From Candidatus Hydrogenedentota bacterium (GTDB taxonomy: Bacteria > Hydrogenedentota > Hydrogenedentia > Hydrogenedentales > SLHB01): a stretch of DNA of 64,000 nt. The DNA lies in assembly GCA_963674865.2 (NCBI GenBank), contig CAXXYE010000009.1, positions 320,001 through 384,000 of the forward strand. The letters are read 5' to 3'. Positions 1 to 10,788 of the stretch are shown here, one piece after another; the first letter of the stretch is position 1; the number at the start of each line of letters is the position of its first letter. Below the pieces are notes generated by a model that was not told the DNA's origin, ran no database searches, and saw nothing but the letters and a program-made list of their open reading frames with translations. The translations under genes and the position numbers were made by a program.

Positions 1-973
1 CGATGCCCTCCTCCGGCTTTGCCTTTTCGATCTTCGCCTCCCCAATCGGTAGCTCCGGCCGCGTTTCCTCGATGACTACCGCGCCATCGCGCGTTGCATC
101 CTCCTCAGGCGTTTCGACTGGATCTGTTGCTGCCGCCAGATCGGCGCCCAACACCGGCGAAGCCTCGTCCTGTTCAACCTGAAAGGACTTCGCCATTTCG
201 TTTTCACCTGCCCGCCGGGCCGCGAGTTGCTCACGTACGATCACGCCCACGCCGGCGATGAGCAGCGCAATGCCCACCACAACCGCCAGTACCGCCGCCT
301 TCGGCGTCAAAGACCTCAACCTGCCCTTCGTTTGCCGCATGACGCCCGTCTCCCAACGCGCCGGGGCCGTCATCACCAGCCCCATGATGCGCTCTTTGTG
401 CTCCCGGTAAGACTGCCTGGGCCTGGGCGCCGCCCCAAGCCGCTTCAACATCCCCTCGCCCAACGCCGCTCGCGCCCGCTCCAGGCGCTTGCGCACCGCG
501 TCATCGGAGAGGCCGAGCAGCGCGGCGATTTCGCCCGAGGTCTTCCCGCCGAAGTAATGAAGCACAATAACCTCGCGCTGGCGTTCATCGAGATCCCTGA
601 CTTGATCCCAGAGCATGCGTTCCAACTCCCGTCGTTCCATGTCGGCCGCCGGGGCCGGCTGGCCGCCTGTTTCCTCTGAGAAAGTCTCCTGTGGGCGGGC
701 CTTCCGCGTGACTCGGCTGGCGCAGTGCCGCGTGATGCCCATCAGCCAAGGGCCGAATTTCGCCCATTCCCGCAGCGAGTCCAGCGACTGGAACGCCTGC
801 AAGAACGCTTCCTGGCTCACGTCCTCCGCATCGGCATGATTGCCCGTGCGGGCATAGGCCAAGGCATGGACAGCGGGCAAATACAGCTCCACAAGCACGC
901 CGAAGCGCTCGCGCTCTCCGGCAAGCACCTCGCGCACGACGCGATCATCGGATGGTGGTCTTGATCTGAACAT
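1..973 (-). CDS. ECF RNA polymerase sigma factor with transmembrane helix and C-terminal extension (partial, runs off left edge)
   Basis: Not in the ORF track. Manual translation from ATG at 973 (GAGGG upstream) gives MFRSRPPSDDRVVREVLAGERERFGVLVELYLPAVHALAYARTGNHADAEDVSQEAF (sigma2), QREVIVLHYFGGKTSGEIAALLGLSDDAVRKRLERAR (sigma4), then hydrophobic AAVLAVVVGIALLIAGVGVIV. Clear paralog of the next gene. Confidence 0.85.
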   Translation of the reverse strand, partial: MFRSRPPSDDRVVREVLAGERERFGVLVELYLPAVHALAYARTGNHADAEDVSQEAFLQAFQSLDSLREWAKFGPWLMGITRHCASRVTRKARPQETFSEETGGQPAPAADMERRELERMLWDQVRDLDERQREVIVLHYFGGKTSGEIAALLGLSDDAVRKRLERARAALGEGMLKRLGAAPRPRQSYREHKERIMGLVMTAPARWETGVMRQTKGRLRSLTPKAAVLAVVVGIALLIAGVGVIVREQLAARRAGENEMAKSFQVEQDEASPVLGADLAAATDPVETPEEDATRDGAVVIEETRPELPIGEAKIEKAKPEEGI

Positions 974-1213
974 GTGAATCCCTCGTCTTTGCCCCATAGT
1001 GCCACCGTCGCGACGAAACGTGACACTTCCGATAGATCCGCCCGTCTATGCAGACACCCTGTGTCCATTCTACACCCGGCGGCCGGGGGTGGACGGTGGG
1101 GAGGGCAATGCTCGGAGCATCTGGACGAATGCCGGAACAGAATGCAAAAGGCCCAGGCACGCCGGCGGAGCGCGCCCAGGCCTCCAGCAACACCTGTATC
1201 AACAGGACACAGG

Positions 1214-4200
1214 TTATGGCAAGACAAGATCCAGTTTGTTGGGCCCGTCCGGCCCGATAATTACTACGCCTGACGTGAAGCGCATGTCGGCGAGAATCTG
1301 GCGTCGGCCACCTGGACTGTCCGGCTGGTAAGCGAAGACACCTACCGTGAACGTGCCCGGCTCTAGGCCGTCAAGTTCGTAGCGGCCCGTGCTGTCCACG
1401 GCTGCCTTCCCCGAGGCGTTCCCTTGAAACGCCAGCAAGGAATCGGCCGTCGACTCGGCGATCGGGTATTCCCCTTCTCTGGCTATGACAAGGGCCTGCT
1501 CATCCGCCCGCAGTCCCACGATTTGGCCGCTTAGGACCTGCCCTCGGGTGAAATTGAAGTCGCGTCGCGTTATGTAGCGGCTCCGCGTCTCTACGACAGC
1601 CCGCCCGGAGCGGTTCGACGCGTCGACGGACTGCGCGGTCACCATCAGTTCAGCACTGCCGACCGGGACATTATCGAGCCAATACGTACCGTCCGGCTCC
1701 GCGTCAACCTGCAGCCACTCAGGCGGTTCGCCCGAGGCGGCGGTGACCTGCACACCGACTTGCGCCGAGGCCGGAGCCGCTCCGTCGAAACGGATAACTC
1801 CGCTAAGCTCCGCATCCGCCGGAGGGAAGTCCACGTTGAGCGGCGTCACCTGCCCCTTGGCGACAACCACGTCTCTGGAAAGGCCCCTGCGCCTGCCGAC
1901 CTCCGCGGGCAGCATCACCTGGACATTAGTCTCGCCCGGTGTAAGGCCCGACAGCGTGAACACGCCGTCTTCATCGGTGGTATCCTGCGCAGCCGCATAC
2001 CCATAGACTTGGCCAGATACATAGGCAATCACACGCGAGCCGGGAATCGGTTGCCCGCCCAGCGTTACGCAGCCTCGGATCTCGCCCCCCGTGTCTAGGT
2101 AGACGAGCACGCCCGAAACCGTATCGTTTTCAGGCACGTCCTCTACCGCAACGGTGGACGGTGCGTAGCCCTCCGAACGCACGACGAGGCGCACGTCCCC
2201 CGTCTGCACGTGCTCAAGACGGAATCGCCCCTCCGTGTCGTGGACGTTGCACGAGGTGCCGTACCCGCCGCTAAGCGACGCGACCACGAAATCCTCAACC
2301 GGCTGGCGAGTCACCGCGCTCAACACCTGGCCTTCAACGCTCCCAAGGCCCGCCAGCACGAAATCGATATCCACGCTCCCCGCGGGAACCGCGTCGTGGC
2401 ATTCCCCGCTCAAGTTCGCGCTCTCCACAGACACGCGATATTCGCCCTCATCGAGCCCCGTAAGCACGTATGTGCCGTCTGTCTGCGACCGGCACCAACT
2501 GTATCCGTTCCCTTCAGCACGTATGTATGCGTACCGCACCGGCTCGCCCTCTGCCGTGGTGACCCGCCCGGATATGGTGAGGCCCTGCACTTCCTCGCCG
2601 TACACCGCGCGGAAGCCGGTGAGTTCCTCTCCCGGATCCACGCGGACTTGCCCCACGCACATGCGCGTCAGGAACGGTGCTTCCTCGGGCTTCTGGGCCT
2701 CAGCATAGACATCGTACGCGCCTGCGGTTAGCCCGCTGAGCCGGAACCACCCCTCTAGTCCTGTGAGCGTATGGGGCGACGCCCCCTCCACGGGGAAGAC
2801 GGGCACGGCCGTGACGATTGCCTTCAAAGGTGAGGTAAGAAAAAAGTTCCCATTCGCGTCCACCAGTTCGCCTTCGATGACGGCGGCGGGGCTGACCTCA
2901 ATGCGGAGGTCATCCATGCCCGAGGCAGTCACGTCAGCGGGGCCAATGCGCTCGCTGGCAAGGCGATCGGCCTTTCGCGCGCCGATGTAGACATCCTGAA
3001 TGGGCGTGCCGATCTCCAGGTCGAAATGCCCACTCGAGTCCGAAAACGCGAACGCGTGTGTAATCCCCTCCGACTCACAGAACACGGCCGCCCCCGCCAC
3101 GGGCCGGCCCTCTTCATCAAACACGGAACCGGTTATGTGCGGGCCTGTCGAAGCCGCCACCACCTTGAGTGTCCCCGCCGGCACAACCTCTCCCGCGCCG
3201 ACGATCACCTCGCCGCCCGCGCCCGGAGCCAGAGAGCACCCCGGTGTGGCAAGTTGAAGTACATAGGCGCCGTCCTGCAATCCGGATACTGCAAAGGCTC
3301 CCTCAGAGTCCGCCGGTTCGCTGAAGAAACAATCACCGCTACCGCTCTTCCTGGCTACGACCTGCACGTTCTCAAGAGGCGCGCCCGTCTGCGCATCGCA
3401 AACTTCTCCCGTGATCTTTCCTCCTGGACGGGCCGCGATCAGCAGGTCGGTGATAGTCTCCCCTGCATGGACCTCGAGTTGCGGTAGATCGAGCGGCACG
3501 ACGAGCGAGGCGTCGTCCAATGCGATCGGCCACTCACCGGTAGGAATCCCGGCCATCCGAAACTCGCCCTGGGAGTCCGTGGCTGAGCGAATGGCATGGA
3601 CTCCTAAGGAGATCTCCACGACCACGTCCGTGACGGCTTCGCCTGTCGCCTCGTTGATCACCTTTCCGGACACGCTGGCTCCCGGAGACAACGTTATCTG
3701 AAGAGATTCCGTCCCCACGGGCACATCATCAACAACCGCCGCCCCAATGTTGTCACCCACCACCAGCAAGTCCCAGCGTCTCCGGCTGAACAGGCTGTCG
3801 ATGCGGAAGCGGCCCTCCTCATCGGTGACAACCGCCATGCTCTTTGTCCAGTTATCCCTGCCCCACTTAGGATAGACAGCCGCGGCCGCGACGGCCTCCC
3901 GGTGTTCGTCCACGACAGTGCCCGCGATCGGCCCGCCGTTCTGCAACTCAAGAATGTTTGGGCCGTCCATCGTGTTGTGCGATTCCTTGCTCGCTCCATA
4001 AACCGACCTGAGCAGGATTCCATCCGGGCCGTAGGCCATGAGCCGGTAGTCCGAAACGGATAGGTTGGTGAATGTGAAGCGGCCCCAATTATCGGCTGTC
4101 GTCGTTTTCCAGACATTCTTCGGTGGCGCGCCCTCTTGGTGCGTTCCCAACAGATTGCGCCCGAGATCCACGCGCGCGCCAGCAACCTTCGACCCGTCCG

Positions 4201-5236
4201 GATAGACCACAATACCGTGAATCGTGCCTGTGCCCTTGGTGGGCCGTTCCCAAGTCAGTCTCGGCTTCCGGACTGGAGGCGTTTCGACCTCCACCTCGAT
4301 CGGTTCCGGCTCGGATTCACTCGCCTCGTGCTGTGAGATGATCAGATCAAGGGCCTTCTTGAGTGCGTCACTCGCATTCTCGAACTGCATGTCCTCCGCC
4401 GATGCGCCGATGTTCGACGCTATCACCAGCGGCGCCGTCTTCGGCTCCTCCGCGGCCGTCCTCTCCCCGTCGCCCTGGCCCCGCCATAATCCGACTGTCG
4501 CGGCAAGGCCCATGGCAATCAACAGCGTGATCTTCCCCATGGTGAACCATCCTCCTAATCGTTGTAGGACGCCTGCCGCCGTCAGCGCTCCTGCCGAATG
4601 TCCTGCTACTTCCCATGCAACGGGCGCCGCCAAGGCAACGCCCATGATCCTCGCTACACGTTCCCTCTCATCACCCTCAGTTTCCCCGGCCGCCGTCAAT
4701 TCCTTCAGCATCCGATCGCTGAGTGCATTCCGTGCTCGCTGAAGCCGTTTGCGCACCGTGGCCTTCGAAACGGCCAACAAATGGGCGATTTCCGGAGCGG
4801 ACTTCCCCGCGAAGTAATAGAGCGTCAGGACTTCCCGGTGTATCTCATCGAGTTCCTCGAGCTGTGTCCTGAGCATGTCTCTTAGCTCCTGCTGCTCCAC
4901 GTCGGGCGTGTGGACGGCCGGTTTGCGACGGATATCTGCAAGTTGCGCCGCCTCCCGTCTGGCCGTGCGGTGTACCTGGCTACAGCAGCGCTTCGTGATG
5001 GTTATCAACCAGGGGCCGAATTTCGCCGGTTCCCGCAAAGTATCGAGGCGTTGGAGGGCCTTCAGAAAGGCATCTTGCGTCACGTCATCGGCGTCAGCGT
5101 GGTTGCCCGTGCCCGCGTAGGCCACGGCCTGCACGGCGCGCACATAGCGCTCCACCAGCGTGCCGAAGGCCTCGCGATGTCCCCCGAGTACCAATCTGAC
5201 CACCTGGAGATCGCTTGGCTTCTTGAACCACAGCAT
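1214..5236 (-). CDS. ECF sigma factor fused to a TM helix and multiple carboxypeptidase-regulatory-like (Ig/prealbumin-fold) repeats
   Basis: Likely start MLWFKKPSD at 5236 with GGAGGGG RBS. Sigma2 (NHADADDVTQDAFLKA), sigma4 (HREVLTLYYFAGKSAPEIAHLL), TM (ITLLIAMGLAATVGLW), then about ten repeats of the pattern I.G.V...G.P...A.V...TD..G.F...L..G.Y. Confidence 0.85.
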   Translation of the reverse strand: MLWFKKPSDLQVVRLVLGGHREAFGTLVERYVRAVQAVAYAGTGNHADADDVTQDAFLKALQRLDTLREPAKFGPWLITITKRCCSQVHRTARREAAQLADIRRKPAVHTPDVEQQELRDMLRTQLEELDEIHREVLTLYYFAGKSAPEIAHLLAVSKATVRKRLQRARNALSDRMLKELTAAGETEGDERERVARIMGVALAAPVAWEVAGHSAGALTAAGVLQRLGGWFTMGKITLLIAMGLAATVGLWRGQGDGERTAAEEPKTAPLVIASNIGASAEDMQFENASDALKKALDLIISQHEASESEPEPIEVEVETPPVRKPRLTWERPTKGTGTIHGIVVYPDGSKVAGARVDLGRNLLGTHQEGAPPKNVWKTTTADNWGRFTFTNLSVSDYRLMAYGPDGILLRSVYGASKESHNTMDGPNILELQNGGPIAGTVVDEHREAVAAAAVYPKWGRDNWTKSMAVVTDEEGRFRIDSLFSRRRWDLLVVGDNIGAAVVDDVPVGTESLQITLSPGASVSGKVINEATGEAVTDVVVEISLGVHAIRSATDSQGEFRMAGIPTGEWPIALDDASLVVPLDLPQLEVHAGETITDLLIAARPGGKITGEVCDAQTGAPLENVQVVARKSGSGDCFFSEPADSEGAFAVSGLQDGAYVLQLATPGCSLAPGAGGEVIVGAGEVVPAGTLKVVAASTGPHITGSVFDEEGRPVAGAAVFCESEGITHAFAFSDSSGHFDLEIGTPIQDVYIGARKADRLASERIGPADVTASGMDDLRIEVSPAAVIEGELVDANGNFFLTSPLKAIVTAVPVFPVEGASPHTLTGLEGWFRLSGLTAGAYDVYAEAQKPEEAPFLTRMCVGQVRVDPGEELTGFRAVYGEEVQGLTISGRVTTAEGEPVRYAYIRAEGNGYSWCRSQTDGTYVLTGLDEGEYRVSVESANLSGECHDAVPAGSVDIDFVLAGLGSVEGQVLSAVTRQPVEDFVVASLSGGYGTSCNVHDTEGRFRLEHVQTGDVRLVVRSEGYAPSTVAVEDVPENDTVSGVLVYLDTGGEIRGCVTLGGQPIPGSRVIAYVSGQVYGYAAAQDTTDEDGVFTLSGLTPGETNVQVMLPAEVGRRRGLSRDVVVAKGQVTPLNVDFPPADAELSGVIRFDGAAPASAQVGVQVTAASGEPPEWLQVDAEPDGTYWLDNVPVGSAELMVTAQSVDASNRSGRAVVETRSRYITRRDFNFTRGQVLSGQIVGLRADEQALVIAREGEYPIAESTADSLLAFQGNASGKAAVDSTGRYELDGLEPGTFTVGVFAYQPDSPGGRRQILADMRFTSGVVIIGPDGPNKLDLVLP

Positions 5237-5334
5237 CCGGTTTCCCCTCCATCCACAATAATGAGTCCCGAGGCGCGTCAAGTGTGACTTATCCCGGGCG
5301 ATATCCCCCGCCGTCATCCCACGAGGGCGAAAGC

Positions 5335-6318
5335 CTATCCTTCCCCGTGAATGGCTCCCAGCCGGATGCACGCGGCCGCGCGTGCCGTGCCGGCTTGTGT
5401 TTCGAGCGCCGGCGTCGCCTCCGCGCAGGCGGGCGTCGCATAGGCGCAGCGCGGGTGAAACGGGCAGCCCCCGGGCGGATTGAGCGGCGACGGTGGATCA
5501 CCACGCAACAGCACCCGCCGCCGCGCCCGTTCCCGGGCCGGATCGGCAATGGGCGCGGCGCTCAGCAGCGCCATCGTGTACGGGTGCAGGGGATGGCTGA
5601 AGACGTCCCCGGCCGGCCCCGACTCGACGATCTTCCCCGCGTACATCACCGCGATGCGGTGTGCCACGTGTTTGACCACCGACAGGTCGTGCGAGATCAG
5701 GATCATCGTTAGCCCGGACTCCTCACGTAGCCGCGCCAGGAGATTCAGTATCTGCGCCTGCACCGACACGTCCAGGGCGGACACCGGCTCGTCCGCGACC
5801 ACCAACCTCGGATTCAGCGCCAGGGCGCGGGCGATGGCGATGCGCTGACGCTGTCCCCCCGAAAACTCGTGCGGATACTTGCGCATGAACCGCGCTGCCA
5901 GTCCCACGCGCCCCATCAACGCGCCCACGCGGGCCGCCAGTTCCCGCCGCCGGGCCAGCCCGTGCACCAGCATCGGCTCGGCCAGGGCGTCGAACACCGT
6001 CATGCGAGGATTGAGCGACGCGTAAGGATCCTGGAACACCATCTGCAACGCGGGCCGGAGTCTCCGCAAGGCCCGGGGAGCCAACCGGCAAAGATCCGTC
6101 CCCTCAAATCGCACCATTCCCGCTGTCGCGGGCACCAGTTGCAGAATTGTCCTCGCCAAAGTCGATTTGCCGCAGCCCGATTCCCCCACCAATCCAAGGA
6201 CCTCCCCGGCCGCCACCGACGCAGACACCCCGTCAACCGCCTTCACGACGCCCCGCGCTCCGCCGCGCACCGGGAAGTGCGTCTTCACGTCAACCAGTTC
6301 GAGCAACGCCGCGCTCAT
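5335..6318 (-). CDS. oppF: Oligopeptide ABC transporter ATP-binding protein
   Basis: Walker [10 protein letters not shown], signature FSGGQRQR, Walker B VVADEP, C-terminal GCPFHPRC motif. Confidence 0.92.
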   Translation of the reverse strand: MSAALLELVDVKTHFPVRGGARGVVKAVDGVSASVAAGEVLGLVGESGCGKSTLARTILQLVPATAGMVRFEGTDLCRLAPRALRRLRPALQMVFQDPYASLNPRMTVFDALAEPMLVHGLARRRELAARVGALMGRVGLAARFMRKYPHEFSGGQRQRIAIARALALNPRLVVADEPVSALDVSVQAQILNLLARLREESGLTMILISHDLSVVKHVAHRIAVMYAGKIVESGPAGDVFSHPLHPYTMALLSAAPIADPARERARRRVLLRGDPPSPLNPPGGCPFHPRCAYATPACAEATPALETQAGTARAAACIRLGAIHGEG

Positions 6319-7289
6319 AGCTCATCCGCCTGAACGCGCAGGCACGCCGATGCATGGCCCGTGGCAACTTCTTCGAGCGCCGGCGTCTCCTGACGGCAGC
6401 GCTCAACTGCGTGCGGACAACGCGGCGCGAACGGGCACCCCGATAGCGGCTGGATCAGATCCGGAGGCATGCCTGGGATGGTGTACAACGCCTCTCCCCG
6501 CTCATGGGCGCTGGGCAATGACGCCATCAGCGCCTCTGTGTACGGATGGCGTGGATTCGCGAAAACCGCGTCCGTCGCCGCCGACTCGACCACCTTCCCC
6601 GCGTACATCACCAGCAGGCGGCCGCATGTCCCCGCGACCACGCCCAGGTCGTGTGTGATCAGAATCACCGCCATCCCCGCCGCTTCCTGCATACGCTTGA
6701 GCAGGTCCAGAATTTGCGCCTGCACGGTGACGTCGAGGGCCGTTGTCGGCTCATCCGCGATGAGCAGCGCCGGATTCGTGATAACCGCCATGGCGATCAG
6801 CACTCGCTGGCGCATCCCTCCGCTGAACTGGTGCGGGTAGTCGCTCATCCGCCCCGCCGCGTCGCGAATGCCCACCGCTTCCAGCGCCTCGATAGCCCGT
6901 CCCCGCGCCTCTCGGCGCGAACCCGCCCCGTGTAGCAGCAACGGCTCCATCACCTGCCCGCCGACGCGCATATACGGATTCAGCGCCGTCATAGGATCCT
7001 GGAAGATCATGCTGATGCGCCGGCCCCGGATGGCTCGGAGCGCCCTCGGCGTGCAGGCCAACAAATCCCTATCGTCAAACCGGGCCGAGCCGGACTCGAC
7101 ACGCCCCGGCGGCGCTGGAATCAGGCCCAACAGCGAATACGCCGTCACCGACTTCCCCGAACCGGACTCGCCCACGATCCCAAGCGTCTCGCCCGCTTTC
7201 AAGTCGAACGACACGCCCTCCACCGCCCGGACCACCCCCTCCCGCGTGTGAAACCGCGTTGTCAGGTTGTCTACTGTCAGCAGGGCCAT
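6315..7289 (-). CDS. oppD: Oligopeptide ABC transporter ATP-binding protein
   Basis: Start MALLTVDNL at 7289. [41 protein letters not shown]. Confidence 0.92.
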   Translation of the reverse strand: MALLTVDNLTTRFHTREGVVRAVEGVSFDLKAGETLGIVGESGSGKSVTAYSLLGLIPAPPGRVESGSARFDDRDLLACTPRALRAIRGRRISMIFQDPMTALNPYMRVGGQVMEPLLLHGAGSRREARGRAIEALEAVGIRDAAGRMSDYPHQFSGGMRQRVLIAMAVITNPALLIADEPTTALDVTVQAQILDLLKRMQEAAGMAVILITHDLGVVAGTCGRLLVMYAGKVVESAATDAVFANPRHPYTEALMASLPSAHERGEALYTIPGMPPDLIQPLSGCPFAPRCPHAVERCRQETPALEEVATGHASACLRVQADEL

Positions 7290-7294
7290 GCGCG

Positions 7295-8182
7295 TCAATC
7301 CTTCGACGCCCGCGGATCCAGGGCGTCCCGGAGGCCATCGCCGAGGAAATTGAGCGAGAACAGCGTCGCCGACAACGCCGCGCTCGGAAACACCAGGAGC
7401 CAGGGATACTCCTCCATCGTCTCCACCCCTTCTTTCACCAGGAGTCCCCACGAACTCATCGGCGGCTGCACGCCCAAACCCAGGAAGCTCAGAAACGCCT
7501 CCATCAGCATCACCTGCGGGATCGTCAGCGTCGCGTATACGATCACCGGGCCGAGCACGTTGGGAATCAGGTGCCGCATCAGAATCCGCCGACGCGTCAG
7601 GCCCATGGCGAGCGCCGCCTCGATGAATTCCTTCTCCTTCAACGACAGCACCTGGCCCCGGACAATCCGCGCCATCGTCAGCCACTGCACCGCCCCGATG
7701 GCCAAGAACAGCAGCACGATGCTACGCCCAAAGAAGACCATCAGGATGATCACGAATATCGTGAAGGGCAACGCATACAGAATATCCACCAGCCGCATCA
7801 TCACGGCGTCCGCACGCCCGCCCGCGTAGCCTGCCACCGCGCCGTAGGTAACGCCGACCACCAGCGACACCGCCGTCGCCGCCACGCCCACCATGAGCGA
7901 GATCCGGCCCCCGTAGAAGATGCGCGTCAGCAGGTCGCGTCCGAGCTGATCCGTGCCCAGCCAATGCCGGGCGCTGGGCGACGACGCCCCCAGGTCCAGG
8001 TCCTGTTCGGCATACGAATACGGCAGCAGACAAGGAACAACCACGACCGCCAGCACGACCACCGCCAGCGTCACCCCGCCGGCCACGGCAAGACGATTAC
8101 GTACGAGGCGCCGCCACGCATCCCGCCAGAGCGACGTCCCCTTCTCGATCATCGCCGCGCTCTGTCTCGTGCCCTCACCCAT
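7295..8182 (-). CDS. oppC: Oligopeptide ABC transporter permease
   Basis: SLWRDAWRRL, HWLGTDQLGRDLL, EFIEAALAMG EAA loop, GDGLRDALDP. Confidence 0.92.
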   Translation of the reverse strand: MGEGTRQSAAMIEKGTSLWRDAWRRLVRNRLAVAGGVTLAVVVLAVVVVPCLLPYSYAEQDLDLGASSPSARHWLGTDQLGRDLLTRIFYGGRISLMVGVAATAVSLVVGVTYGAVAGYAGGRADAVMMRLVDILYALPFTIFVIILMVFFGRSIVLLFLAIGAVQWLTMARIVRGQVLSLKEKEFIEAALAMGLTRRRILMRHLIPNVLGPVIVYATLTIPQVMLMEAFLSFLGLGVQPPMSSWGLLVKEGVETMEEYPWLLVFPSAALSATLFSLNFLGDGLRDALDPRASKD

Positions 8183-8185
8183 GAC

Positions 8186-9103
8186 TCACTCGTACCGCGC
8201 GCGCGGATCGAGCCACGCCTGTCCGACGTCGACGATGAGGTTGAAAAGCAGGATGAGCGTCGCGAAAAACAACACCGTCCCGAGAATCATCGTGTAATCT
8301 CGGTTGAATGCGGCCTGGACGAATTCCCGGCCCAACCCGGGCACCTGGAAGATCGTCTCCACCACAAACGAGCCGCTTAACAGACCCGCCGCCGCGGGCC
8401 CCAGAAACGCCACCACGGGCTGCACCGACCCCCGCAGCGCATGGCGCACGAGCACCCGCGCCTCCGACGCCCCTTTCGCCCGCGCCGTGCGGATGAAATC
8501 CTGAGAGAGGACCTCGAGCATCCCCCCCCGGCTCAGCCGCGCCACGTAGGCCGCGTAGGCCGCGCCCAACGTCAGCGCGGGAAGGATCTTGTCCGCCGGC
8601 GCATCCCAGCCGGACACAGGTAGCCAGCCCAGCCACAGCGAGAACACGAGTACCAGCAGCGGCCCCAGCACAAAGCTCGGGACGCAAATCCCCACCATCG
8701 CCAGGCTCATCGGCAAGTAGTCCGTCCATGAGTTGGGGCGCCAGGACGCCACGACTCCCGCGACGAGCCCAATCCCCAGCGCCACCAGCAGGGCGTAGAC
8801 TCCCAATTCCAGCGAAACCGGGAACCGCAGCCAAATCCATTCCGCCACCGACCGGCTCGGCTTTTTCATCGAAGGCCCCAGATCGCCATGAGCCAATCCC
8901 GTGAGGTATTCGACGTACTGAGCCGCCAGCGGCGCATCCAGGTGGTACGTTTCTTCGAGTTTCTGACGGACCTCCGCGCTCACTGCCTTCTCCGTATCGA
9001 ACGGCCCCCCGGGGGCAAGGCGAACTAGGAAGAACGTGACGGTTACGATGACAAGAAGGACGGGAACAAATTCGAGGACGCGTCTCAGTGCGAATCGCGC
9101 CAT
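8186..9103 (-). CDS. oppB: Oligopeptide ABC transporter permease
   Basis: APGGPF, GDLGPS, DFIRTARAKG, VVETIFQVPGLG, LDPR end. Confidence 0.92.
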   Translation of the reverse strand: MARFALRRVLEFVPVLLVIVTVTFFLVRLAPGGPFDTEKAVSAEVRQKLEETYHLDAPLAAQYVEYLTGLAHGDLGPSMKKPSRSVAEWIWLRFPVSLELGVYALLVALGIGLVAGVVASWRPNSWTDYLPMSLAMVGICVPSFVLGPLLVLVFSLWLGWLPVSGWDAPADKILPALTLGAAYAAYVARLSRGGMLEVLSQDFIRTARAKGASEARVLVRHALRGSVQPVVAFLGPAAAGLLSGSFVVETIFQVPGLGREFVQAAFNRDYTMILGTVLFFATLILLFNLIVDVGQAWLDPRARYE

Positions 9104-9113
9104 ACGCCGCCCC

Positions 9114-10751
9114 TCAGGTTCCGCCGTCCAGGTAGAGGTCCTTGAACGGGATATATCCCAGCGGATTCGAATGCCAACCCTTCACTTTGGGCGACATGAG
9201 GTACACGCGTGTGTAGAAGTAGATAGGGACCAGCGGCGCGTCGGCCATAAGGAGCGCTTCGGCCTGCTGAAATAGCCCGCGCCGCGTCGCCGGGTCGGCT
9301 TCCCGGGCCGCCTGAGTGATCAGGTCGTCATAGGCGGCGGATGAATAACCGGTCCGGTTATTCCCATTGCCCGTTGTGAAGCACTCGAGGAAGTTGATGG
9401 GATCGACCACGTCCGCGATCCAGCCCGATCGCGCCATGCCGTAATCGAGGTTCTGCATCGACGCCAGATACACCTTCCAGTCCTGATTGAGCAGGCCCAC
9501 TTCGACGTTCAGGCTTTCCTTCCACATCTGCTGTACGGCAGCGGCGATGAGCTTGTGATTCTCGCTCGTGTTGTACAGCAGTTCAACTTGGGGAAAGCTT
9601 TCCCCGTTGGGATATCCCGCTTCGGCGAGAAGGCGCCGCGCCTCCTCCACGTCATACGGAATGGTTGCCGCGCAAGTGTACCCCGCCGTGTCCGGCGGCG
9701 TGAAGTGATACGCCGCTTGCCGGCCCCCTTTGACCACCTTATTCACAAGCGTCTCGCGATCAAGCGCCATGGCGAAGGCCCGCCGGACGCGGACGTCGTC
9801 AAAGGGAGGCCGTGTCACGTTCAGCCGGTAGAAATACGTGCCGAGATACGGATCGATGTGGAGCTGCTCGGGGTGCTCCCGCTGATAGACCTCGATTTTG
9901 TTGACGGGCACGTTCTCCGTCAGATGAAGGCGGCCCCTCCGGAAATTCCGCTCCTCTGTAAGGAGGTCGTTGATCGGGTGGAACGAGACTCCCGGCAAGC
10001 GCACCTCCGCCGCATTCCAGTAGTAGGGATTCCGAACCACCGTGATGACTTTGTTCGGGTACCATTCCTTGAGCATAAACGCCCCATTGCCCACGTGGTT
10101 GCCCGGCTGCGTCCACTTAGTGCCCCGTTCATCCATGGCCCCGATGCGCTCGATGGTTGCTCGATGCACGGGATACCAGGACGAGTGCACCTGCATCGAC
10201 AGAAAGTACGCCGTGGGATGCTCGAGCGTTACTTCGAGTTCGAGGTCGTCGAGCGCGCGCACGCCGACCTGCGAGAAATCCGTCAGCAGGCCCTCGTTAT
10301 ACGCCCGCGCATTCTTGATGCACCAAAGCATGTAGCCATACTCGCTGGCCAGGCCAGGCGACAGAATCCGCTGCCACGCATACACGAAATCTCCCGCCGT
10401 GACGGGGTCCCCGTTCGACCAACGCCCCTCCGGGCGGAGCTGGAATCGGTACAACGTACCGTCGTCCGAAACCGTCCAAGAGGCCGCCGCCCCCGGCATG
10501 GGCGCCAGCGTCTCGGGATCCAAATTGACAAGGCCCTCGAACAGGGCGCCACAAATCCGATGTTCAGGGACACCCGTGACCACCTGCGGATCGAGTTCCT
10601 GAGGCTCATCCCCGTTGCCGACCTGCAGGAAGCCCCCATCACGGCCTTCGGCCGTGGTTGAACTGGGCGACGAGCACCCGGCAACGCCCAGGAGCCACGC
10701 CGATGCAAGCACTAGCGTAAGTTGCGATACGTTGTAGTTCTTCACGCTCAT
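9114..10751 (-). CDS. oppA: Oligopeptide ABC transporter substrate-binding lipoprotein (SBP family 5)
   Basis: Lipobox LLGVAGC; LDP, LFEGLV, WSNGDPVTAGDFVY, GNGAF, RNPYYW, DVRVRRAFAMALDR. Confidence 0.92.
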   Translation of the reverse strand: MSVKNYNVSQLTLVLASAWLLGVAGCSSPSSTTAEGRDGGFLQVGNGDEPQELDPQVVTGVPEHRICGALFEGLVNLDPETLAPMPGAAASWTVSDDGTLYRFQLRPEGRWSNGDPVTAGDFVYAWQRILSPGLASEYGYMLWCIKNARAYNEGLLTDFSQVGVRALDDLELEVTLEHPTAYFLSMQVHSSWYPVHRATIERIGAMDERGTKWTQPGNHVGNGAFMLKEWYPNKVITVVRNPYYWNAAEVRLPGVSFHPINDLLTEERNFRRGRLHLTENVPVNKIEVYQREHPEQLHIDPYLGTYFYRLNVTRPPFDDVRVRRAFAMALDRETLVNKVVKGGRQAAYHFTPPDTAGYTCAATIPYDVEEARRLLAEAGYPNGESFPQVELLYNTSENHKLIAAAVQQMWKESLNVEVGLLNQDWKVYLASMQNLDYGMARSGWIADVVDPINFLECFTTGNGNNRTGYSSAAYDDLITQAAREADPATRRGLFQQAEALLMADAPLVPIYFYTRVYLMSPKVKGWHSNPLGYIPFKDLYLDGGT

Positions 10752-10788
10752 CCTTCGATTGCAGGGCGGTACTTACGGGTGTGCGTGC

